Shown piece by piece: positions 45,974 through 58,465 of a stretch of DNA of 58,465 bases. The position numbers were made by a program, and so were the translations under genes. The stretch is from assembly GCA_001775995.1 (NCBI GenBank), contig MEZH01000007.1, positions 264,806 to 323,270 of the forward strand, read 5' to 3'. Every line of letters begins with the position of its first letter. The stretch's first letter is position 1. The stretch comes from Candidatus Bathyarchaeota archaeon RBG_16_48_13. GTDB lineage: Archaea > Thermoproteota > Bathyarchaeia > RBG-16-48-13. Under the pieces are notes generated by a model, which saw only the letters and a list, made by a program, of their open reading frames with translations, was not told where the DNA came from and searched no databases.

Positions 45974-48425
45974 CCGAGCCTATAGAAACTGTAATCTCCG
46001 AGAACCCTTCAACTGCTCTCTCTAAGGTCTCGTGCGAGTCGAATTTTATGTATTCTATCTTACAGGTACCCTTTATGTCGTTTTCAAGCTCCTTTAGCGT
46101 CTCCAAGGCCTCGAGGTTCTTTGAAGATACGGAGACGTCTTCCAGCAGTTTGTTCAAAGGAATATTCCGCTCGGCCTTCAGCCTTCGGATCTCGGATATC
46201 ACCGCTATCGCTAGGTCACCCTTCTTCAGAGACGATTCGTCCACCTGTTTCTCATCGTAGTCGGGCCACGATAGCCTGTGGACGCTGGGTTCCTTCCTTT
46301 TCCCCGTGCAGATGAATTGGTGAATCTCTTCAGTGATGTGGGGGCATATTGGTGCTAGCAGTCGGATCACCTTGTTCATGGTCTTGAATATCGTGTATTG
46401 GGAAGCAGTTCGGGATTCCTTCCTGTACAGGTCAGGGTTGTAGAGGCGGTGCTTTGATGCCTCTAGATATTGGTCACAGAAGACGTGCCAAGTGAAATGT
46501 CTTATTTCCTCCAAGGCGTTGTTGAACTGGAACTTTTCCAGGGCGTCGGAGGCGTTTCTGGTCGCCAGTTCCAGCTTGCTTAGGATCCAGCGGTCCAAAA
46601 CCTCCAACGCAGGCGGTGTTCCGGTCTCTTGGAAGTCAGTGAGCTGCAGGATCGAGAAACGTGAGGCGTTCCACAGCTTCGTCAAGAATTTCTGACCGTA
46701 CTCAACATCGGCCCACCTGAACGGTATGTCGGAGCCAGTCGAGCCTCCACCAGCAGCCCATTGGCGTACGGCGTCAGAGCCGAATTTCTGGAGGACTTCC
46801 GGAGCGGTAACGTAGTTCTTCTTCGATTTGCTCATCTTAGTACCGTCTTGACCTAAAACCATCCCATTAATCAGGCATGCCTTGTAGGGCTTTTCGTTGA
46901 AGAGCGCCAGATGCCTTACCATAAGATAGTAGGCCCAAGTCCTTATGATGTCGGTACCGGATGGGTGAAGGCTCGCTGGGAATAGTCTTTTCCAGTCCTC
47001 CTTTATAGGCCATCCAGCGTGGACTGCACACGTTATAGACGAGTCCATCCATGTGTCCATCACATCCTGCTCCGCTTGGAAGCTCCTACTACCGCACTTC
47101 GGGCATTTATTGATCTTGGGCTGCTCAATTTTTGGGTCTATGGGTAGCCAATCGGCTTTGGCTATGATAGACTCCCCGCACTTGGAGCAGTACCATACAG
47201 GTATTGGGGTAGCGAAGATCCGCTGCCTCGATATTACCCAGTCCCAGTCGAGGGATGTCGCCCAGTTCAGTAGGCGCCACTTCATATGGTTTGGTGTCCA
47301 GTGTACCTCTTCAGTTGACTTGACTACTTGCTCTGTGAGGCCCCTGACGGCCATGAACCATTGATTCTTTTCCAATATTTCTACGGGGGAGTTGCATCTC
47401 CAACACAGTCCAACCTCGTGGTCGAGATCCTGTTCCTTCTCGAGGAGCCCGGCGTCTCTGACGTCCTCTTTGATAGCCTTCCTGAATTCAGCCATTGCGA
47501 GCCCCCGATATTTGCCAGCTGCATCCGTCATTCTCCCTTGCTCGTCTAGGGATATGATTGGCTGAAGCCCATACTTAGCGGCAAATTGGACGTCCGCTTT
47601 ATCGCCGTAGGTGCAGATCATCATAACGCCTGTGCCAAACTTCGGGTCAACACCTTCATCCTCAAAGATCTTGACTTTCCTGTCGAAAATTGGCACGCGA
47701 ATCTCTCTGCCGCCATAGCCCTTGTAACGCTCGTCCTTAGGGTTGACGGCGACGGCTACACATGAGGGCAGTAACTCAGGGCGGGTCGTCGCGATGATGA
47801 GGTATTCGCCGTCTTGGAGCTGAAATTTGATCGAGTAGATCTTTCCGTGTCTTGTCTCGTGCTCAACCTCAGCATCAGCTATTGCCGTTTCGCAACGTGG
47901 GCACCATAGAACGGGGTGTTTTCCCTGATATATAAGCCCCTTATCGTAGAGCAGAATGAAAGATAGCTGAGTCCTTCCCCAGTAGTCCGGGTCCATGGTT
48001 TTGTATTCTGTGGACCAGTCCACCGAGCAGCCTAGGGATATGATAGCCTCCTTCATCAGTTTGATGAATTGGTCAACTTGTTCTTCGCAAAGGCTCCTGA
48101 ACTTACCCGGGGGTATGTCGGACTTTTTTATTCCATACTTCTTCTCTACTTGAACCTCGGTCGGGAGACCGTGGCAGTCCCATCCCTGAGGAAAATGAAC
48201 GTTGTAGCCCTTCATCCTTTTGTACCGGGCGACTATGTCGAAGTAGGTCCAGTTTAGGACGTTGCCCATGTGGAAGTCACCTGAGGGGTATGGTGGAGGT
48301 GTGTCTATAGTGTAGATTGGGCGCTTCATGTCGCTTCTATCGAATGCATATGTGCCTGTCTCTATCCACTTCTGCTGCCATCTTTTCTCGGTCTCTGAGG
48401 CGTTATACCGGTTTGCAAGCGACAT
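45954..48425 (-). CDS. valS: Valine--tRNA ligase
   Basis: DTPPPYPSGDFHMGN, WCPRCETA, DWVISRQR, KMSKS. Confidence 0.97.
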   Translation of the reverse strand: MSLANRYNASETEKRWQQKWIETGTYAFDRSDMKRPIYTIDTPPPYPSGDFHMGNVLNWTYFDIVARYKRMKGYNVHFPQGWDCHGLPTEVQVEKKYGIKKSDIPPGKFRSLCEEQVDQFIKLMKEAIISLGCSVDWSTEYKTMDPDYWGRTQLSFILLYDKGLIYQGKHPVLWCPRCETAIADAEVEHETRHGKIYSIKFQLQDGEYLIIATTRPELLPSCVAVAVNPKDERYKGYGGREIRVPIFDRKVKIFEDEGVDPKFGTGVMMICTYGDKADVQFAAKYGLQPIISLDEQGRMTDAAGKYRGLAMAEFRKAIKEDVRDAGLLEKEQDLDHEVGLCWRCNSPVEILEKNQWFMAVRGLTEQVVKSTEEVHWTPNHMKWRLLNWATSLDWDWVISRQRIFATPIPVWYCSKCGESIIAKADWLPIDPKIEQPKINKCPKCGSRSFQAEQDVMDTWMDSSITCAVHAGWPIKEDWKRLFPASLHPSGTDIIRTWAYYLMVRHLALFNEKPYKACLINGMVLGQDGTKMSKSKKNYVTAPEVLQKFGSDAVRQWAAGGGSTGSDIPFRWADVEYGQKFLTKLWNASRFSILQLTDFQETGTPPALEVLDRWILSKLELATRNASDALEKFQFNNALEEIRHFTWHVFCDQYLEASKHRLYNPDLYRKESRTASQYTIFKTMNKVIRLLAPICPHITEEIHQFICTGKRKEPSVHRLSWPDYDEKQVDESSLKKGDLAIAVISEIRRLKAERNIPLNKLLEDVSVSSKNLEALETLKELENDIKGTCKIEYIKFDSHETLERAVEGFSEITVSIGSAKSATV

Positions 48426-48454
48426 TCTGGTGCTTCCTGGGGTGATCAATCAAT

Positions 48455-49273
48455 CTAACGTTTGAACGTGTCTATGGACTTAGACAAGCCTGGCTTTTTA
48501 ACGTTAATTCCTTTTGCAACCTGGATCTCCATGCTGTCAGCTGCCGCGAAGGTCTTTATGCCCGTCTTCTTTTCGACGAAACACGCTTCCTTTGAGGGAT
48601 TTGCAAAGATCATGCGCATCCCAAAATGCGTTATCACTGCGGCTTCTGGCTTGACTTCTTCCACGATCTTGGTTGCTTCGTCTGTCGATATGTGGCCCTT
48701 CCAAGGAAGACCTCTAGGTCTCAGCACGCAGAGTATGAGAAGTTTTACTCCCTTGTAGTAGTCTGATATGCCATTGAAATACTCAGTGTCAGACGTGTAG
48801 CCGATTTCGCCGATTCCGGGGAAGTCGAATCGGAATCCGACGGTGTCAGGGTCCCCGTGAGATGCCCTGGTCGGCTTTATCGTCATTCCTCTCATCTTAA
48901 AGATCTCTCCAGGTTTTGCTTCATAGGTCGCTTCGACGATACTTTTATGATAGTTTGAGATAGCAGCTCCATAATTTCCGTTCCCTTGCAGGACGCTTCG
49001 CGGCGCAATGAGGACGCCCTGTTTTCTCGTGCCGCCCCGTGTCATTGCCTCTATCATGACCTCAGCATCGCCGTAATGATCGAGATGGCAATGAGAGACT
49101 AGAACAGCACCTAAGGTCAGTTGGCTCAAGTGCAGGTTTAAGGAATGGACTAGAGCCCCCGGGCCTGGATCCACATGGATTTGGTCATCGCCGTGAATCA
49201 TTCTTATCCCTCCAGTGTGCCTCTCCTGCGTACTTGTAACGAACCTACCTCCGCCAGTCCCAACGAAGATCAC
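48455..49273 (-). CDS. MBL-fold metallohydrolase
   Basis: GTGGGR, VDPGPG, SHCHLDH, TSDT, THFG. Confidence 0.88.
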   Translation of the reverse strand: MIFVGTGGGRFVTSTQERHTGGIRMIHGDDQIHVDPGPGALVHSLNLHLSQLTLGAVLVSHCHLDHYGDAEVMIEAMTRGGTRKQGVLIAPRSVLQGNGNYGAAISNYHKSIVEATYEAKPGEIFKMRGMTIKPTRASHGDPDTVGFRFDFPGIGEIGYTSDTEYFNGISDYYKGVKLLILCVLRPRGLPWKGHISTDEATKIVEEVKPEAAVITHFGMRMIFANPSKEACFVEKKTGIKTFAAADSMEIQVAKGINVKKPGLSKSIDTFKR

Positions 49274-49405
49274 TTTTAGAGGCTCTAATGCGATGGCCTC
49301 CGAGAATTAGGTGGGGGCTTCAATTGAAGGAGGGAGGCGAAGTCCTTTGATATACATTCTGGTTCGTCGGAAAGAGTAAGACTGTACAGCATGCTGATGT
49401 GAGTG

Positions 49406-49545
49406 TGGTGGGCCGGATGGGATTTGAACCCGCGACCTTTCGGTTCCTGAGCATTGATCATATCAGCTTCGTCCCCAGCCCCATGAGGGCCAAGTCGAAC
49501 GCTCTCTATGGCCATGTTGTGGAAACCATGCTGAGCTACCGGCCC
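49406..49545 (-). tRNA. tRNA-Ile(GAT) with three introns (about 20/21: 49523-49506; 30/31: 49495-49468; 37/38: 49460-49445)
   Basis: Three BHBs (ATGG/CCAT, CGTT/GACG, CTGA/TCAG); the spliced product is 78 nt with TTCGG CT GAT AA CCGAA. Confidence 0.92.
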
Positions 49546-49673
49546 ATGCAACCAATTGCACTAGATCAGCCAACATTTATTAAAGGATTTCTTGAGCATC
49601 CCGGACAAGCGATTCCGAAACCAGCATTGTTATGCAAACATTAAAAACAACCTCTTAAGAATTCTATTCGTCA

Positions 49674-49789
49674 GGGCCGGTAGTTCAGCCTGGTATGAAG
49701 GTACCATTCAGGATCATGCAAACGACGCCTTCGCATGTTAGTACAGAAAGAGGCGGAGGTCCGGGGTTCAAATCCCCGCCGGTCCACCA
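49674..49789 (+). tRNA. tRNA-Ala(CGC) with two introns (about 23/24: 49699-49721; 37/38: 49736-49750)
   Basis: G3.U70 identity pair; BHB GTAT/ATGC; spliced loop TT CGC AA. Confidence 0.88.
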
Positions 49790-49793
49790 GATT

Positions 49794-50075
49794 TCAAAAT
49801 AGGTTCAGAAAATTCTTTGTAGGTTTAAAGGCAGAACTGTTGACCAGCTTGAGTTTCTGACTGTGAGTCAGCTTTTTGATCTGTCTTTCTCGCCGCATCG
49901 CTTCACACTGCAAATCGTGTCCTTCAATATAGACTAACCTTTTCGGCCTGTGCAGATGAGTGTATTTGGCTCCTTTTCCCCTCTTGTGAAACCCCATACG
50001 GGACTCTGGGTTCTTTGTGTAGCCGGTATAGAAGGTATCACCTTCGCATAGAAGCATGTAGACATAGTATGGCAT
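49794..50075 (-). CDS. GIY-YIG nuclease (UPF0213-like)
   Basis: YYVYML.C....YTGYT....R...H..GKGAKYT...A.R.E. Confidence 0.9.
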   Translation of the reverse strand: MPYYVYMLLCEGDTFYTGYTKNPESRMGFHKRGKGAKYTHLHRPKRLVYIEGHDLQCEAMRRERQIKKLTHSQKLKLVNSSAFKPTKNFLNLF

Positions 50076-50164
50076 CCCTCCAACTCCTTCAAAGATTCGC
50101 TGACAGGCGATCTAGACGTGTGGAACAGATTGTGTTCATGGAGCAATCGCGGAAAATGGAATTC

Positions 50165-50395
50165 TTACATCAACGGCTCCACGATCTTTACTCCGGGGAC
50201 GCGTTTCTTCAAAGTTGCTTCTACGAGACTCAGGAAAGTCAAGCCTGACATTGGGCAACTCGCACAGCTACCCATGAGTCTGACTCTCACCACTCCCTTC
50301 TTCTCGTCGACATCTATGAGCTCGACGTCTCCGCCGTCAGCAGCTAATCTCGGTCGAACGTATTCATTCAGGACTTTTTCGACATCCTCACGCAT
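50165..50395 (-). CDS. NifU C-terminal / NfuA-like Fe-S scaffold
   Basis: VRPRLAADGGDVEL...LMGSCASCP. Confidence 0.9.
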   Translation of the reverse strand: MREDVEKVLNEYVRPRLAADGGDVELIDVDEKKGVVRVRLMGSCASCPMSGLTFLSLVEATLKKRVPGVKIVEPLM

Positions 50396-50584
50396 GGAAA
50401 TCTCCTCTTTATGCAGGATATCAGATTAACCTTGCTGGCTTTCATATAATCGTTGCTTCCGAGGGAGGAGATTCTTCTCATGAGAGCAGTCAATTATTGG
50501 GGTAAAGCCCATTGGTGGAGGTACGTTTGTCATCGGCTTGCCCGTATGATGAGTCAAAAGGAAGGTTTATCTCTGACCAAGAAC

Positions 50585-50598
50585 AAAAGAGTTAAATG
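50585..50598 (+). promoter_or_regulatory. Putative BRE/TATA for the rRNA operon
   Basis: AAAAGAG-TTAAATG about 220 nt upstream of the 16S. Confidence 0.45.
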
Positions 50599-50820
50599 TT
50601 CTGCTATTGAGTTGAGCAGACGCCCCGCAACTAATTACAGTGGCGGCATCGACTTGGACGCTGAGGGCGGTTCGCCCGTAAGGATGACAAAGTCGATCTC
50701 CAGGTGCGGGGAAAGTAATGAAGACCCAAATAACCGTCAAGAACATTTGGGTCCGATGTTGGTTCGACGTTTAGCCCGTCAATCTTCAGCCAGTTGAACA
50801 ATTTGGTCGTCTCCTAGACA

Positions 50821-52320
<1,500 letters not shown>

Positions 52321-52490
52321 TAGATTTCGACTGGCTGAAGGACGATAGTTATACGTCGAACCAGGAAGATGCAACCAGGGAGATTCATGCTCTGCTGGTG
52401 AAGGGCTCAGTGGGCTGTGGCTCATGATGAAGGCCGTGCATAGGTATTGGACGCCATCTAGGTATTGGGTTTCATAGTAGACCTGAACAC

Positions 52491-55545
<3,055 letters not shown>

Positions 55546-55621
55546 TCAGGTCGAAAAAGAAGCTCAATACCTGGGCGATATCCAATACCGATAGAATGCG
55601 CGGCAAATCTTGATCCAAAGT

Positions 55622-55665
55622 TCTAATTTTTTAAGTATAGTTATTCCTTTTTTTGTTTCTTTGGA
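55622..55665 (+). terminator. T-rich terminator of the rRNA operon
   Basis: TTTTTTAAG...TTCCTTTTTTTGTTTCTTT after the 3' processing arm. Confidence 0.5.
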
Positions 55666-55698
55666 GAACTTTTTATTGATGATCTCCAGTAGAGTTGT

Positions 55699-56002
55699 TA
55701 GGGCAAGCCGGTGAGCAGGTTACGGATGCCATAGGCGTCTGAGGAAGCTCCTCCCTCCCCATAGAATAGGGGCATCGCGAGATGCAGGGGGAAACCCCTA
55801 GCTCCTGCACAGAAACGATATCTCCGCCATCCAATGGAAATGACGCGGTCGAACCGTCGATGACGATGGCAGGTGGAGTGAAACGTCTGCCTCCCTTGGA
55901 GAAAGGCCATATAGGGGCTGATGAGACTATGTGAGAGCCCGGGTAGGCCGATTAGCTGAATCCTGCTTAAAACAGAAGGAGGGCTACGGCCGGCTTGCCT
56001 CT
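55699..56002 (+). ncRNA. rnpB: RNase P RNA
   Basis: P1 GGCAAGCCGG/CCGGCTTGCC; P4 strands GAGGAAGCTCC and AACAGAAGGAGGGCTA; ACAGAAAC loop; about 300 nt. Confidence 0.9.
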
Positions 56003-56016
56003 TAGATATCCTCCGA

Positions 56017-56577
56017 TTGGATGAACTGCAGATGAGGAGCGAGACAAACAAAGCATTTGGCCCTAAGTTAATGGCTTTGATAATGGGTCAGGATGACCCG
56101 AAAAAGTGCAGCTCGGCTAAGCTTAACCGTTTTGGTTATGTGCGAGAGATCTTTCGGTTTTCACAAATCCCCGCAAACGCCATAGTCCTAAACCCGCTCT
56201 CGAGTTTGGTCCTAATTCCACAGGATAGGAAGTTCTTGCATCACGGGCTGGTCGTCGTGGATTGCTCGTGGGAGAGGTTCAAGGAAGCGTTCAGAACAGG
56301 AACACGTGGAGTACAAAGGCGCTTGCCGAGCCTCCTAGCGGCAAACCCCATAAATTACGGAAAGATCGGCAAGCTATCCTCGGTAGAGGCATGGGCGGCT
56401 GCTCTTTGTGTAATGGGAGATGAGAAAGAGGCTGAGCTGATACTCTCAAAATTCAAATGGGGCCCAAATTTCCTAATCCTAAATGAGGAACCCCTAAAGG
56501 AGTACAGTCTATCCGGAAATATTGAAGCTGTTCTGGAAGCAGAGAGATCTTACTTCTCTAGATCAGAGGCAGGATAG
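56017..56577 (+). CDS. tsr3: 16S rRNA aminocarboxypropyltransferase Tsr3 (DUF367)
   Basis: QDDPKKCS..KL, VDCSW, RRLPSLLAANPINYG..KLSSVEA, FKWGPNF. Confidence 0.93.
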   Translation: MDELQMRSETNKAFGPKLMALIMGQDDPKKCSSAKLNRFGYVREIFRFSQIPANAIVLNPLSSLVLIPQDRKFLHHGLVVVDCSWERFKEAFRTGTRGVQRRLPSLLAANPINYGKIGKLSSVEAWAAALCVMGDEKEAELILSKFKWGPNFLILNEEPLKEYSLSGNIEAVLEAERSYFSRSEAG

Positions 56578-58080
56578 GGCATCTTCTATTGCTTTGGGTA
56601 TCTTCTCAACGATGTCGGAGGCGACCAAGTGATAGCCCTTCTCAGCTGCTACCAAGTCACCTGCAACGCCATTGACGAATGCTCCGGCTGTCGCCGCCTT
56701 AAGTGGTTCATTCCCCTGCGATAGGAAGGCCCCAACAATACCGGACAACGTATCACCAGTCCCTCCCACCGTCATGCCGGGGTTACCAGTGAAATTGAAC
56801 CTCACTGAAATGCCATCAGATATTATGTCAACGGGCCCCTTCAACAAGATCACAGCGCCAAGTTTTTTTGCTTCCTTTCTGACATGCTCAGCCTTGGACA
56901 TGATTTCGTCAGGTGGGCTCGTTCCTGCGAGCATCTCGTACTCCTTTATATGTGGGGTGCAGACCAGCGGTACTTTCAACCTTCGCTTAACATTGGCGAA
57001 CGCTTTGAGTCCATCAGCGTCTAGAAGCATAGGTACCCCCCTATCCTCGACCATGCGGACTATCTTCTCAACTGCGTCAACAGTCTCTCTTTCAAGACCT
57101 AGCCCTGGCCCAATGACGACCGCGTCCACTTTGGAGAGCGCCGCCTCTATTGCGGATAGCGCTCTGGAGGAGAGGTTCTTTCCCTCCAGCTTGATTGTTA
57201 TAAGGTCTGGAGACATGGAAGATATATCGTGAGCTACCTTTTCAGGGGTTGCTACATAGGCCAAGTCAATGCCGGTTCTAAGAGCGGCGGTGGCGACCAA
57301 GGCTGGCGCACCAATGAAGGTTTCGCTGCCGCCTACAACTAGAAGTCTACCATTGTCTCCTTTGTGGGACGTTTTCTTCCTTCTACGGGCTGCGAGGTAA
57401 AGATCGCCGGGCCCGACGAAGAGTTCCGCTTCCGGAGGGATGCCTATGCTGACTTCAACCAACTCGCCTATATATTTCCTGGCCTTCATGAGTCCGGACT
57501 TAGCTCGGTGAAAGGTAATTGTCATGTCCGCTTTAACGGCAACGTTTTCTACGGACCCGGAATCTGCGTTCAAGCCGGTAGGGCAATCAATGGCCACTAG
57601 GAAGCTTTTCATCTGATTTATCTTCTCGACGGCTTCCAATATGGGGGTCCTGAGAGGACCCGAAGAACTCGTACCTAAAAGCGCATCAATGATCACCTCC
57701 CCTTTGGGATCTGGAATTAGCTTCGAATCTGGCGATATCTGAACCCTTACAGATCGCGTCATCCTAGATAATGCATTCCAGTTTGTCTTGGCTGCTGGGT
57801 TCTTGATCTCATCTGGACTTCCAATCAGAACGACTGTGGTATTGAAATCTCTTGAGGCTAAGTGCCTAGCCGCAACAAAACCGTCGCCCCCGTTCCCGCC
57901 AATGCCTGCAAATATCATGACCTTAGCCTTCTTGGGGTCGAAGCGCGACGAGACAAAACGAGCGACCTCAGCTCCCGCGTTCTCCATGAGTTGAAGAGTT
58001 GAGACGCCGAGGTAGGATGAGTTGAGCTCAAGAGCTTTCATATCCTGGCTGGATATTATTTTAATCCCACTCTCTTTCAT
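56563..58080 (-). CDS. nnr: Bifunctional NAD(P)H-hydrate epimerase/dehydratase
   Basis: LMENAG, GGNGGDG, DALLGT, HKGDNG, IGPGLG, LDADG, TPH..E, GGTGDTLSG. Confidence 0.95.
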   Translation of the reverse strand: MKESGIKIISSQDMKALELNSSYLGVSTLQLMENAGAEVARFVSSRFDPKKAKVMIFAGIGGNGGDGFVAARHLASRDFNTTVVLIGSPDEIKNPAAKTNWNALSRMTRSVRVQISPDSKLIPDPKGEVIIDALLGTSSSGPLRTPILEAVEKINQMKSFLVAIDCPTGLNADSGSVENVAVKADMTITFHRAKSGLMKARKYIGELVEVSIGIPPEAELFVGPGDLYLAARRRKKTSHKGDNGRLLVVGGSETFIGAPALVATAALRTGIDLAYVATPEKVAHDISSMSPDLITIKLEGKNLSSRALSAIEAALSKVDAVVIGPGLGLERETVDAVEKIVRMVEDRGVPMLLDADGLKAFANVKRRLKVPLVCTPHIKEYEMLAGTSPPDEIMSKAEHVRKEAKKLGAVILLKGPVDIISDGISVRFNFTGNPGMTVGGTGDTLSGIVGAFLSQGNEPLKAATAGAFVNGVAGDLVAAEKGYHLVASDIVEKIPKAIEDALSCL

Positions 58081-58168
58081 ATCAATCAGCGCTTGGGTGT
58101 TTGTCTGCAATTAATTCAGAAAGTCTTTTTAGGCATTTAAAGATGAATTACAGTTAGGAGGATTCAAG

Positions 58169-58405
58169 ATGCCCTTAGCTTTTGTGTTAATAAATGCGGA
58201 GATAGGCTCCGAGAACGCCGTCCTTGCGGAGCTAAAAAAGATAGAAAACGTGAAGGAAGCAAATGTTGTCTATGGAGTATATGATATTATTGCGAAGGTC
58301 GAGGCTGACACCATGGACAAGTTGAAGGCGATGGTTACCTGGAGAGTTAGAAGGCTTGACAAAGTGCGTTCAACGTTGACCATGATCGTCGTGGAAGGCT
58401 CCTAG
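58169..58405 (+). CDS. Lrp/AsnC ligand-binding-domain (demi-Lrp) protein
   Basis: AFVLINAE.G.E...VYGVYDIIAKVEA...VRSTLTMIV. Confidence 0.9.
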   Translation: MPLAFVLINAEIGSENAVLAELKKIENVKEANVVYGVYDIIAKVEADTMDKLKAMVTWRVRRLDKVRSTLTMIVVEGS

Positions 58406-58465
58406 ACATACCTTTGCCGTCACGGTGATTCAGGGAGGCTCCAAGAATGGTCCCTGACCGAAGGC

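Noticed and set aside
49406-49545. Reading this gene as tRNA-Pro(TGG), and the 36470 gene as tRNA-Lys(TTT)
   Set aside because: Those triplets lie in or straddle introns; BHB-guided splicing gives Ile(GAT) and Glu(TTC) with fully paired anticodon stems.
50544-50578. C/D-box sRNA candidate (ATGATGA...CTGA) upstream of the rRNA promoter
   Set aside because: Only 20 nt between the boxes, no C'/D' pair, and the best rRNA complement I found is 8 bp and offset from the D box.
58415-58465. Hairpin TCAGGGA/TCCCTGA with C/D-like words at the window end
   Set aside because: K-turn geometry is imperfect and the element is cut by the window edge.

Overview
Archaeal chromosomal window, most likely Bathyarchaeia (TACK). 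This rests on 16S signatures, a tRNA-free 16S-23S spacer, an unlinked 5S, FtsZ, GcvP and cofD. Most of it is housekeeping: amino-acid catabolism (class-III aminotransferase, AcnX pair, IOR, GcvP), F420 biosynthesis, ftsZ, nucleotide-sugar genes, metG/valS/ahcY, the aIF1A-RIO1-KH-top6B cluster, guaA, copA, pyrH, aRF1, 16S-23S rRNA, RNase P RNA, tsr3 and nnr. Best leads: (1) a gene at 18052-19794 that looks like a full-length homologue of eukaryotic ribophorin I (RPN1/Ost1, a non-catalytic oligosaccharyltransferase subunit), sitting among WbpA/B/D-like glycan genes; (2) seven tRNA genes carrying 13 BHB-type introns, including two triple-intron tRNAs and one intron that splits an anticodon; (3) a stand-alone FbiE-like nitroreductase coupled to cofD; (4) a 45-aa CdrS-like RHH gene upstream of ftsZ that the ORF track missed; (5) a MoaD/SAMP-like protein with a post-GG extension next to an MtaB methylthiotransferase; (6) probable ATA/CTG start codons; (7) decayed mobile-element remnants at tRNA 3' ends. 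No CRISPR array or intact IS/integrase was seen. All homology calls are by eye from remembered family motifs; no database search was run.
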